Positions 52,122 through 62,419 of a stretch of 64,000 nucleotides of DNA are shown here, in pieces. Each line of letters opens with the position of its first letter. Positions within the stretch are counted from its first letter, which is position 1. The stretch is from Histomonas meleagridis 2922-C6/04-290x (lineage: Eukaryota > Protista > Parabasalia). The notes beneath the pieces are model-generated. The model was not told the origin of the DNA and did no database searches. It saw only the letters and a list, made by a program, of their open reading frames with translations. Both the position numbers and the translations under genes were made by a program. The DNA is taken from contig JAANOX010000047.1 in NCBI GenBank assembly GCA_020184695.1, positions 248,001 through 312,000 of the forward strand, written 5' to 3'.

Positions 52122-53789
52122 TTATTTTTTACTAATTGCTTTCCTTCTATAGTCCTTAGCCATTTTGGTTATAATTTCTCTGTCTTTGCTTCTGTTTAAT
52201 AATTTTGGTTTTTTCACATTTAAAGGTTTATCTTCTAATTCATTTTTGATTATTTCGGTCGTATCATTTAATGATTCGCTATTATAATTACAATTTAAGT
52301 TTCGTATGTATCTGATTTTCGCATCAGTTTTCATCCTTAAATAGTTTAATTTCACAGCAAATTCTTTCTTTAGTTTTTCATCTTCGCGAAGATAACTTGC
52401 ATTAATTCGTTCTGATGCTGAATGTGCTTCTTTCTTTTCAAGGCTTTTAATGTTTTTGATTTCATATTTTGCTTCTTCGATTTTGTTCTGTTTCATTAAT
52501 TCTTTTGCATGTTCTTTTAATGCAAGAAGTGTTTGTGATGGTTGTGAATGCTTTAATAAATATTCTTTGGAACTATATTTGTCATCAAGTGACTTACATG
52601 CAATTCGATATTGTTCTTGAAGGAGCTCTATGGATATTCGAAGTTTCTCTCGCTCATATTCGATACGTTTATTAAGAGTGAATTCACTTTCGTTATCGTT
52701 AGTTTGGAGACCGTTAATGAGATCGGTCAAATATGATGCTTCATCAACCCAAAGGTTTTCGATGCATTGTTCGCGATAATTCTCAAAGGTTTCACGGGCT
52801 GTGGTGACGTTTCGAATTATTGATAAATCACCTGTTTTGATAGATTGATATATGGATGAATTGGTTGGTTCTTTGACAATAAGACCTAACTTTCCAAATA
52901 GTTCTAAGTTTTCATCTTTTTCTTCTTCATCAGATAAATCATATTCATCTTCGATATCACTACTTTCGGTATTTTCTTCTTCCTCTTCCTCTTCCAGTAT
53001 ATACTCTTCATTGTCAGTGGGAGATTCATCAGGTGATAAAGCAATTATAGCATTTGACATTTTTTGAATTTTAGTGGAGGCTTCGCCAAGTGGTGTGCCA
53101 TGAGAACCACAGCGCTTGTGAGTAATAGAAACTGATTTTGGTTGAGTTTCTTCTTTAATAGGAGGAATTTTATCTAAAGATGTTTTTTGTGTTGATTTGG
53201 CTTTTTCGGCTTGATTTAATTGTAACTGTGAAGCAGAACGAACAACTTCAATTAAGTCTGGAGGTGGTTCATAGCCCATCTTTTTCCACTTAGAAATATT
53301 TTTATCTCGTAATTCTTTAACAATTGCAATCTGTGGATCTGACTCAAACTCATCATCAGCTTGAGGAGGGTTTTGTTCTTCCTCGGAGATTTCATCAATT
53401 GGCATTTCTTGGATTGCATCAATCATTGGATTCTCCCCTCCTTTTGGAATTAGATCACCACGAAGAGAAGAAAATGAAGGTTGTCGATAAGTAAGCCCTA
53501 TTTGAATGGCTTCGTCATCGGTATGATCATCAATAACTATAACAGGATTTTGTGGTGTTCCATTTTTACTTGAATTGGTACCACAAGAACCACTTGGATC
53601 ATCTCCTGATTTTGATGTTTGATGATTACCAACATGAAGAGAAGTATATGATGATTGTATGTAAGAAAGCGAAGATTGTTCTCCATCGTTTGCATGTGTT
53701 GACTCCTTTTGGCTTTTGCTTGTGCCGGTAGGAGCTTTTTCATTAGAGTGTTGGGAGAGAAGAGTCTCCGTTGGGTTTTCTTGCGACAT
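52122..53789 (-). CDS. Hypothetical protein, disordered N-half and coiled-coil C-half
   Basis: 555-aa ORF; AAACGGTTTT upstream. Confidence 0.75.
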   Translation of the reverse strand: MSQENPTETLLSQHSNEKAPTGTSKSQKESTHANDGEQSSLSYIQSSYTSLHVGNHQTSKSGDDPSGSCGTNSSKNGTPQNPVIVIDDHTDDEAIQIGLTYRQPSFSSLRGDLIPKGGENPMIDAIQEMPIDEISEEEQNPPQADDEFESDPQIAIVKELRDKNISKWKKMGYEPPPDLIEVVRSASQLQLNQAEKAKSTQKTSLDKIPPIKEETQPKSVSITHKRCGSHGTPLGEASTKIQKMSNAIIALSPDESPTDNEEYILEEEEEEENTESSDIEDEYDLSDEEEKDENLELFGKLGLIVKEPTNSSIYQSIKTGDLSIIRNVTTARETFENYREQCIENLWVDEASYLTDLINGLQTNDNESEFTLNKRIEYEREKLRISIELLQEQYRIACKSLDDKYSSKEYLLKHSQPSQTLLALKEHAKELMKQNKIEEAKYEIKNIKSLEKKEAHSASERINASYLREDEKLKKEFAVKLNYLRMKTDAKIRYIRNLNCNYNSESLNDTTEIIKNELEDKPLNVKKPKLLNRSKDREIITKMAKDYRRKAISKK

Positions 53790-53989
53790 TCCTTCCCGAA
53801 AATAAAACGATTAATTTTGATTGAATTTATTTGTGGTTAAGTGAATAAACGGTTTTAAAGTTCATGTAACATTTGAAAAAGCGTTGTTGATCTTAATATT
53901 ATTATAATAATAATATATTTAAATATAATAGATTCTGAAAAAGAAAAATAAGTCATTAGCAATTTTATTTTATAAAAAACATATAGGTT

Positions 53990-54290
53990 CTAACAAATAT
54001 AATTTTTTTTATGCTTCAAAGATCCTTGAATTAAGTAATTTGATGATTTCTATACAAACCTTTATTAGGTGTTTAGTATTACTAAAAAGCTAAAAAGGTG
54101 CTTTTTTAAGTGTACTGTCCAAAAAATAATTTGAATACTTTTCTAATATTATCTCGAAATAATGGGTTGTAATGGTGGGTGTCAAATAAAAAAAAAAAAT
54201 AAATATTTTTAGTATTAAATTCTATTCCTTTTTCAAGAAGTAATTTAAATATTTCTGTGTGACCATAAATATTGCTTTCATATATTTATT
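53990..54290 (-). pseudogene. Degraded ankyrin remnant with a 72-nt hairpin insert (54130-54201)
   Basis: Minus strand: GHTEIFKLLLEKGIEFNTKNI, then TATTT...TATTTCGAGATAATATTAGAAAAGTATTCAAA-TTATTT, matching the insert consensus. Confidence 0.65.
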
Positions 54291-54724
54291 GTTTTCATAT
54301 GACTTCTGATAAATACATAAAGATTCTTGAATGCCATGAAATTGGATATCTCCAAACTTATGGATCTTATGAGGAGGTGCATGTGACTTATTATTAAATC
54401 CAATTCTCCAAAGTTTAACAAGTGGGGGTAATGAAGAGGTTAAATGCACTTCCAAGCTTTAACGCATTTGATTAACTCATACACAGGTTTACTAACTAAA
54501 ACATGGTTTATATCCATTACTTTTTACTTATCGCGTATAACAGTAAAAATACTTTCTCAGGTGATAAAAAAATGGAATTCCAAGTACTAATTTTTTATTG
54601 AAAAATAAATATTAATCATATTCACATATTTAAATATTTTCTTTGAAATCTTTTTCGAATGGATCTTCTTCAATATCTTTAAAGTTAATAAGATTAATAT
54701 TATCAATTTCTTGCAATTCTTCTT

Positions 54725-55200
54725 TTATACTTTCTTCTCTTGATTTTTACAGCTCTTAAAAGCATTATCGCCAATTGACTTCCGATTTTTGCTATGTTTG
54801 CACCATTAAAAATCATTTTTAATTTTTCACATTGATAAAATGAATAATCGCCAATCGAAGTACTGAATTTGGAATCGTTACATTTAATTGGCAATTGGAA
54901 AATGCATAACATCCAATTATTATAGTTGAGCTTGGAATTTCAAATGTTTCATTAGAAATTTTTGCTGGGTAACAAATAATTTTAGCAAATTTTTTATCAT
55001 AAAGAATTCCATTAGTATCAAAGTAATTAATATTTTCTTCAGACATATTTATATATTGAAGATTTGACACACACTACGAAATTCAAATGCATTATTTCTG
55101 GTTGTTGTTACATTTTCTCCAATTTTTACTGATATTAATGATACCCACTGACTGAAAGCATTTGACTCTATTACATCAATACCATTAATACTAACATGTC
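54725..55200 (-). pseudogene. BspA-like (TpLRR / LRR_5) surface protein fragment
   Basis: NGILYDKKFAKIICYPA...FEIPSSTIIIGCYAFSNCQLNVTIPNSV and SIGDYSFYQCEKL across frameshifts. Confidence 0.8.
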
Positions 55201-56479
55201 ACTATATTTATAAGCAGTTCTATTATCGAATTCACTTTGACATGTTATAATAAGTGTGGAATTTGATTCATAAAAAACTTCAAATGAATTTATAAAATAT
55301 ATCACAAACAAAAAAGGAACAATATGCTTAAACTTTTTTTTGTTATGATCATTTAGAAAAATCGTATTACATAAATATGAACTCGCTTTGCGATATTAAA
55401 TAAAAGTAAAATCAAACAAATAATACAAAGAGTAATTATTACAATAAATTTTCTTTTCATAAAAAAGGAATTTAAATATTTTTGAATTATTTTAAAATTT
55501 GTGATTAAAAATTTCAAAGAAGTATTACGCATTTTATGCTGAAATTTTATTGAATCATAATCATAATTTAAATGAAATAAATAGTAACCCTCTATCCCTT
55601 GAGAAATCATCTGTTTAAGTTTTTTTTTACTTGATACTTAGATAAAATTGTAAAATAAATTTTTGATGAACATTACTCACGAATTTTAAGGTTTGCATAG
55701 TGTCTAACATGTACGTACGAACATTAATGCAAATAATGTGAAAGAAATTGAATACGCATTGAACCAATAAGTTATCTTTTTAGTTGCAAAAAGTTTAAAT
55801 GATCTCGTGTTTTATTATGAAAACTTTTCAATCGCAAAATGTTATTCAAAAACTTTTCAAACGCTTCTTTAAAATTGGATTTCTGGCTTTTTCAAAGTGC
55901 AAAAAGTGGCTTGTGCTTACTTTGTAGTAATTTTTTAACTAATAAATTGGATCTTAGTATTATGTCCTACCGTACCGAATGCAGGAAAAAAAATGAATAT
56001 ATTTCATTTTTTGTTCAGGATGCTTTATCTTGTTTATAAAATGATTAATAAAATCCATCAATCATTGTAATTTTAAGTGAATTTTCATTTTTATGTAACA
56101 TATTCGTTATGAATCAAATATTTTGGATATAACATATTTTGCAATACCTGCATCAAATAAATTTTGTGGACCATATGCTCTAATGAATATTTTGATCTCA
56201 TTCTTTCTTTTGAATGAAAAAGCAATAAAACCCAAGCACTAATAAAGGCATTCTGACCAAATAATGAAAGAAATAAACTGAGAAAAATTAAAATGAAAAT
56301 ACCTTCTTTTTGAACAGATAAAATGCTACAATCACAAAATGCCAACTAAGCAAGGAGAAGCGGAGATAAAACACATGAAAAAGTAAGTGCGAACATTTTA
56401 GAAAATTTCTTCTTTCTATTTTTATCGATAAAATAACCGTCACTCGTTCAATTGAACTATTTTGTAGATAAAAACTAAA

Positions 56480-59278
56480 ATGGAAAAAATATTCATCAAA
56501 AAATCAATATTATCACAACTTCCCTCGTCATTCGGACATGGAACAGTTCCAGTATTATTTGCAGAAAATGGTTCCATGCAAAATTCAAAAGGAAAATCAA
56601 CATCTTGTATTATTGTTGTTAATATGGCTGGTATTTACTTTTTTAAAAGTAAAACATTTTCTCATCACCTACAACTCAAACACTTTATTTCTGTTTTTAC
56701 AATTGATGAAATCCAATATATTGATCCAAAAAGGCGTGATATTTCTTATTTAAATGAAAAATTTTTCTTTTCATGCGATCACGCAAATGAAGCTGTTGCA
56801 CAAATCCTTGCTTCTAAAGCATATTTACTTGATATTGATGTTACCCAAAATCCAATCAAATTAACCACATTCCCATATAAAATCGATAAATTCAACTCCA
56901 AGGTTCCAAAAGAATCACTTTCAGCTTTAAGATATGTTTGTCTTTGTCTCCAATATTCAGTTACACCAGATGAGTCAATTATTGCTCTTTTCAAACAAGT
57001 AAATCCAAAACACAATACCACCATTCAACTCGGTAGCCAATGTTCTCCACCTCCTATTCTTAAATGTATATTTACTCCAATCATTCAAATTGAAGGAATA
57101 ACCTCAATTCACTTCAAAGGGTTTTCACCATATTCTGTTTGTCGTATAGCACATTTTATGCTTAAGAAATCAACCTCAATTCGCACGATAATATTTGAAG
57201 ATTATGATTTCTTTATCCCACAACAATTACGTCTTAATTCATTACCATCAAATTATTCCATAACGTTTATTTTTACACATTGTTCTATTCCCGTCACAAT
57301 TGTTACAACTCTTATTAATGAGCTTAACAAATTCAAAGGGGATTATCAGCGGATCAGTTTCAATTCAATTCAATTCACTCAGGATTCACTCAATTTACTT
57401 TTTGAATCACTTTTATTCCATCGTTGCTATCGTACCATTGAAATGCTTGAACTTGACAACATTGATTCCAAAGATCTTTATAATGATAATATTATTCAAA
57501 ACATTATTTCCATATTTAAGCATTGTCGCTTTTTACAAGACATCTCATTATCTAACTGGACCAATCCTTTATCAATTGGATTTGATTTATTTTCAGGATG
57601 TAGTACATTGACTAACATTGTTTTAGCTAAGCAAAATTTAACACGTCCATTTTCCGAGACCTTTAAATTCCCACCACAAATCTATTTACTTGATTTTACG
57701 GAATGCTCATTTACATATTTATCCATCCAAAGTTTATTCAAGAACTTATCCACATTCCATTCTCCTTTATGTTTAATCTTATCACAAATATCATTACCAG
57801 AAGCACATTGGAGCTCATTTTTCGATTCATTAAAGACATTACCTTCGATCACATGCTTAAAGGAATTAGATTGGAGTGGCAATCGAATACCACTTAATTC
57901 CACCGAAATCTTTTGCAAATATTTTCTTGAGACATCTCCGATCCGCTATTTATCGATTAGTTATATGTATAATTCGACCAAGTTTAAAGAACTCGAAACA
58001 TTATTTTCATATATACCCAAAAACAAATTATGGGGTATATCATTATGTGGTAATACAGAAAATAATTTCTCGAATAATTTTAAACTTTTAATCCAAGTAT
58101 TATCAAAATTACAATTAACAATACTAAATATAAATGGACAAAAGATGACTGATAATGATAGTGATGTCTTATTAACATATCTACAAAAGAACAGTAGTAT
58201 ATGTGAATTGTCTTGTGACGATTCATTAATCTCAAACTATGATAAGTTCTTCCAATTCTATAATGAGTTAATCCAATTAAAATTCGCAGCAATCGGTAAG
58301 CCTTATATCGATTTAAAGCGATTATCAAACAATGAGAAAAACAGAAACAAAGTTTCACCATCGAAACTTGAAAACTTTTGTACGACAATGCGAACAAGAC
58401 AAAACTCAACACCACAAACATTACGTTCATATTACTTATGTAAGATTAACACAAGTAATAATGATATGGACTTAGACGAGTTATTCCAATTCATTCAGTC
58501 GTATCCGCAGTCATTACTTTCATATGATAGTTATGACGAATATTCATTAAGTCCGATTATAAATAATAATAATTCATCAATGAAAACTTTGTTATCTCGG
58601 AATAATGAATTTAATGATTTAACTTTGGGCGAAATACAATTAAAGCGTTTGGTGCCGCCTTATCTGCAGCCGAAATACACGCCAACAGGACTAAGCACTG
58701 AACATGGATTTTATTCGATATCACAAAACCAACAAATAAACACATTCGAAAATATACAAAATGTAAATAATATCGAAGAAATAATTAAAAATATTAAATT
58801 CGAACCAATTGCGAAAACACCAGAAATGAAAGAAGTTATAGAATTACTGGCGAATTCAGGATTCGAATTGGAAGAAGAAGAAGAAGAATCTGAAGACTCG
58901 GAAAACGGTCGACATAAAGTGTCAGAATATTTGGATATCGACTTCATTCAAAACGACCAACAAAACTCTATCGGCATGTCAAAAAGTTTGGAGTCCGGTT
59001 CTTTTTCTGAATTTAACTTGGATTTTGCCAACGAATCAGAAAAAAACTTATCGGTATCAGTTGACGGTTATGACGTGACGATAGAGAATCCGCCACCTTT
59101 AAAATTCCTTCCACATAATGTTGAAGTTGATCAATATTATGGTGAAAACGAGTGCTTCGATGATGTTCCGGTAAGTAATTTGAAGGAAATTAAGAATACA
59201 AAAAGTAATCATCCGTTAGAAGGAAGAGATAGAAATTATCCGCCAAATATTAAAATAGTGGACGCAGCTGAATGGTAA
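56480..59278 (+). CDS. Leucine-rich repeat protein, CARMIL-like (N-terminal PH-like domain + LRR)
   Basis: CIIVVNMAGIYFFK PH-like start; LRRs LKELDWSGNRI, LTILNINGQ and ICELSCDD; acidic tail. Confidence 0.7.
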   Translation: MEKIFIKKSILSQLPSSFGHGTVPVLFAENGSMQNSKGKSTSCIIVVNMAGIYFFKSKTFSHHLQLKHFISVFTIDEIQYIDPKRRDISYLNEKFFFSCDHANEAVAQILASKAYLLDIDVTQNPIKLTTFPYKIDKFNSKVPKESLSALRYVCLCLQYSVTPDESIIALFKQVNPKHNTTIQLGSQCSPPPILKCIFTPIIQIEGITSIHFKGFSPYSVCRIAHFMLKKSTSIRTIIFEDYDFFIPQQLRLNSLPSNYSITFIFTHCSIPVTIVTTLINELNKFKGDYQRISFNSIQFTQDSLNLLFESLLFHRCYRTIEMLELDNIDSKDLYNDNIIQNIISIFKHCRFLQDISLSNWTNPLSIGFDLFSGCSTLTNIVLAKQNLTRPFSETFKFPPQIYLLDFTECSFTYLSIQSLFKNLSTFHSPLCLILSQISLPEAHWSSFFDSLKTLPSITCLKELDWSGNRIPLNSTEIFCKYFLETSPIRYLSISYMYNSTKFKELETLFSYIPKNKLWGISLCGNTENNFSNNFKLLIQVLSKLQLTILNINGQKMTDNDSDVLLTYLQKNSSICELSCDDSLISNYDKFFQFYNELIQLKFAAIGKPYIDLKRLSNNEKNRNKVSPSKLENFCTTMRTRQNSTPQTLRSYYLCKINTSNNDMDLDELFQFIQSYPQSLLSYDSYDEYSLSPIINNNNSSMKTLLSRNNEFNDLTLGEIQLKRLVPPYLQPKYTPTGLSTEHGFYSISQNQQINTFENIQNVNNIEEIIKNIKFEPIAKTPEMKEVIELLANSGFELEEEEEESEDSENGRHKVSEYLDIDFIQNDQQNSIGMSKSLESGSFSEFNLDFANESEKNLSVSVDGYDVTIENPPPLKFLPHNVEVDQYYGENECFDDVPVSNLKEIKNTKSNHPLEGRDRNYPPNIKIVDAAEW

Positions 59279-59503
59279 ATGAAAAGAACGAATTTGTATA
59301 TACAAATATAATGTAAAATAAAAAATGGAAATTATTTTTTAAAATTCGGACTATGAATTAAATAAAATAAAATAACGCATAAAATCTTTTGGCATAAATA
59401 ATTTAAAATAATTTGCATCTAAAAAATGAATTTTCCTGTTTATGTTTGAAACTTCAAGAAGCTGAAATTGAATTGATTTTGATCACATTTTAACGGTTTT
59501 GGA

Positions 59504-59881
59504 ATGGAGATTGTAAACGGTCAAATAAAGCAAATGGAAAATTTTACTGGAAATATGGTTGAAGATTCAGATTCAGATGCCGATTATTGGGAATCTAAAT
59601 ATGTTAGATTGGACCCGGAACATGTTTGGGCAAAACCTCCACAAAAAGTAGTTTATTTAACAAATGTTACAACTTATAGTAAACCTGATGATCCAGACGA
59701 TGTTCGTGGTGTTTTGGTTGCTGAAAATTGGACGGGGTCTGTTTGTTTATGCTGCTTATTTAAACATTCCCCTTCACAAATAATGAGATTAATTTGGCGA
59801 AGTGATCAAGAAGTTACATTTGTTAACCATGGGAACTCACCAATCACGTTATCTTTGTTAATAAAATCTATTTCTGTTTAA
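59504..59881 (+). CDS. Nucleoplasmin-like (NPL) domain protein
   Basis: VVYLTNVT...GVLVAE...VCLCCL...MRLIW...EVTFVNHGNSPITLS resembles the FKBP39/HD2 NPL beta-sandwich. Confidence 0.5.
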   Translation: MEIVNGQIKQMENFTGNMVEDSDSDADYWESKYVRLDPEHVWAKPPQKVVYLTNVTTYSKPDDPDDVRGVLVAENWTGSVCLCCLFKHSPSQIMRLIWRSDQEVTFVNHGNSPITLSLLIKSISV

Positions 59882-59882
59882 T

Positions 59883-62306
59883 TTATGTGAGATAATTCAT
59901 TAAAGATTCATAAAATTTCGTTAAAATTTCTTCATTATTTGGTTGTTGAATTATAGATATATACGTATCAAATATTTGTTGATTTGGTTCAACAAAAATC
60001 TTTTTAAACGATTCAATTAAAACATTTTTTGTTTCAGCAGGAAAAGGCATAAATAAAATTCTTTGAAGTTCAGCAATTTTCATAACCAAAAAAACGAAAT
60101 CTTCATCCAAAATATTAAAAATATTATTTCCAACAACAGAAACAAATATTTTTTCTATATTCATTAGAGTAATTTTTGGATATTTTTTACATAATTCAAA
60201 TAAAAACATTAAAATGCATTTGAACAATTTAAAATCGAAAAAAATTTCATTTATAATATTTACAGAAAAATTTGCAATTAAAAATAAATCATTTTCAAGT
60301 ATATGATCAAAAAATAATGAAATTGCCGACAAAAAAATCTCAAATAGATCAACAAGTACAACTTTTTCGTCATCTTTATTATTCCAATCAATATTATTAG
60401 ATAAAAAGTTACGAATTAATCCAAAAGAATTTGTTAAAATTGATGGAAATTGTTCAAAATTATTTCCATTTAAGAAAATACTTTTACAAACAAAGAGAAG
60501 TGCTTTTTGTGAATAAATTGTTTTACAAGTTGAATTACATTCTAATATCAAAGCTAAACATTTATCTTTTAATGATGAATAACATGAATATATAAATAAT
60601 GTTTGAAACTCATCATTAGTTATAATAAAAGGAAGAATTTTTTGATATATTAAAAATGTCGAATCAAAATGTATTTCTTTTAAAAATGAAAAAATTAAAT
60701 GAAAATTTTTAACCGATAACAAATACTCAATACATTTTTGATATAATTCATTTTCGCCTATAAAACGTTGTATTAAAATTGCAGATGAAGATATCAAATT
60801 TACATTAAATGTTTGTAATAAATTTAAAGTTATTATAGGATCAAATGAAAAAGGAATTAAAACATTTTCGACAAACAAAAAAATTATTTTCGAAATGACA
60901 TTTTTGAATAAATCATTTAATTCATTAGAAAAATAAATATTTAATAAAAAATTAAAAATTGTTGATGAAATTTCGGGATTAAAACAATTATATACTTTTA
61001 TAAAATATTTAACATAACTATAAATTATTTTTATATGAGTAAATTCCAACGGATAACTAAAATTTAAAACAAATCTAAAATATTTAATAAATTCCGGATT
61101 TGGATTTATTAAACTTAAAATCTCAAGAAGTGTAATACAATGAAAAGGCTCATTAATTATATCGATTGTATTACAAATATTTAAAACAAACTCAAGTGAA
61201 TCATTTAAATTAACTTTAAAACACATTAAGATCATATCAAAAAGAGAATTATAATATGAAACATCGAAATCTTCGAGTGAATTATTATTATAAAAATCTT
61301 TTAAACGTGAATATGATATATTTAAGATAATTTGTGATATATCTGGATGAATTTTTAAGTATTCTTTAAGATAATTTATCACGTTAAAAGATATCGAATC
61401 AAAAAGATTAGTAAAAAGTTGTAATGATATTTGATATATTAAATCGTTGTTAAAATAATTTATGTTTCCAAGTGTTTTAACAAAATTTGAAATCGATAAC
61501 AAAATTTCATTTTCAACATTGTTACAAATCATCATAATAATTTTTTGTGGTATTTGTAAATTAATAATAATTTGATCAATTAACTCTTGATTAATGTTTC
61601 TTTTGATAATTGATGACAAAAGATTAAATGTACATGAAATCGTTTCAAAGTTTTCGATTCCATTTTTTATTAGATTTATCATATCATTGTTAATCAAATA
61701 TTTTATATTTATCCATTTTGCTAATGAACTTAATATTGTTATTCCAATTGGCGCATTTCCTTTGCTAATTAATGCTTGAAAAACAAATAAAATAAGTTTA
61801 TCTTCAATATTATTCTCTTGAATGGACTTCTTTAATTGTTGAAATTTAAAGTTTGTCTTTGAAATTGATGATGTATATATACAAAATGAATTTAAAAAAT
61901 TTGTTATTGTCTTTACAGACATTTGAAATAAATCATCCCAAAAATTATTCCATATTTTGGGATATGTACTCCACATAAAAACAAATTGTGAATCACTGAT
62001 GAGTTCAATTAAATCATCATTAAAATTGTTTTCTGAAAAAAGAATATATTTGATCTTCAAACAAAGTTCTTGATTAATTTGCTCCCATTTAGTTCTACAC
62101 CAATTTTTTATCATAAGCATAATAAACTTTCTTGAAATAATTGATTGAAAGTTGAAATAATTTGAAATACAAAAATCAAAACCTTCAATTGTTTCATTAA
62201 TATGATTAATATAAAGAAGAGCATTATTAAAAGCTTCTTTATTGTTTGGGTTTTCCCCAATTTGAAATACAACTTTTAGATTTTCTTCAATTAATGAAGT
62301 AAGCAT
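59883..62306 (-). CDS. Importin-beta family HEAT protein, exportin-T/Los1-like
   Basis: N-terminal IBN_N-like region, TYPKIWNNFWDDLF (Xpo1 repeat) and LSSLAKWINIKYLIN; strongly AT-biased composition. Confidence 0.6.
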   Translation of the reverse strand: MLTSLIEENLKVVFQIGENPNNKEAFNNALLYINHINETIEGFDFCISNYFNFQSIISRKFIMLMIKNWCRTKWEQINQELCLKIKYILFSENNFNDDLIELISDSQFVFMWSTYPKIWNNFWDDLFQMSVKTITNFLNSFCIYTSSISKTNFKFQQLKKSIQENNIEDKLILFVFQALISKGNAPIGITILSSLAKWINIKYLINNDMINLIKNGIENFETISCTFNLLSSIIKRNINQELIDQIIINLQIPQKIIMMICNNVENEILLSISNFVKTLGNINYFNNDLIYQISLQLFTNLFDSISFNVINYLKEYLKIHPDISQIILNISYSRLKDFYNNNSLEDFDVSYYNSLFDMILMCFKVNLNDSLEFVLNICNTIDIINEPFHCITLLEILSLINPNPEFIKYFRFVLNFSYPLEFTHIKIIYSYVKYFIKVYNCFNPEISSTIFNFLLNIYFSNELNDLFKNVISKIIFLFVENVLIPFSFDPIITLNLLQTFNVNLISSSAILIQRFIGENELYQKCIEYLLSVKNFHLIFSFLKEIHFDSTFLIYQKILPFIITNDEFQTLFIYSCYSSLKDKCLALILECNSTCKTIYSQKALLFVCKSIFLNGNNFEQFPSILTNSFGLIRNFLSNNIDWNNKDDEKVVLVDLFEIFLSAISLFFDHILENDLFLIANFSVNIINEIFFDFKLFKCILMFLFELCKKYPKITLMNIEKIFVSVVGNNIFNILDEDFVFLVMKIAELQRILFMPFPAETKNVLIESFKKIFVEPNQQIFDTYISIIQQPNNEEILTKFYESLMNYLT

Positions 62307-62419
62307 CCATTGTGAAGTTTATTCGTAATGGGGTGGCCTGAAATACAAACGATAGGTGTATTAAGCCGTTATTGAAGCACTTTTAAAAAATCAATATCTT
62401 ACAATAAACAGTACAGAAA

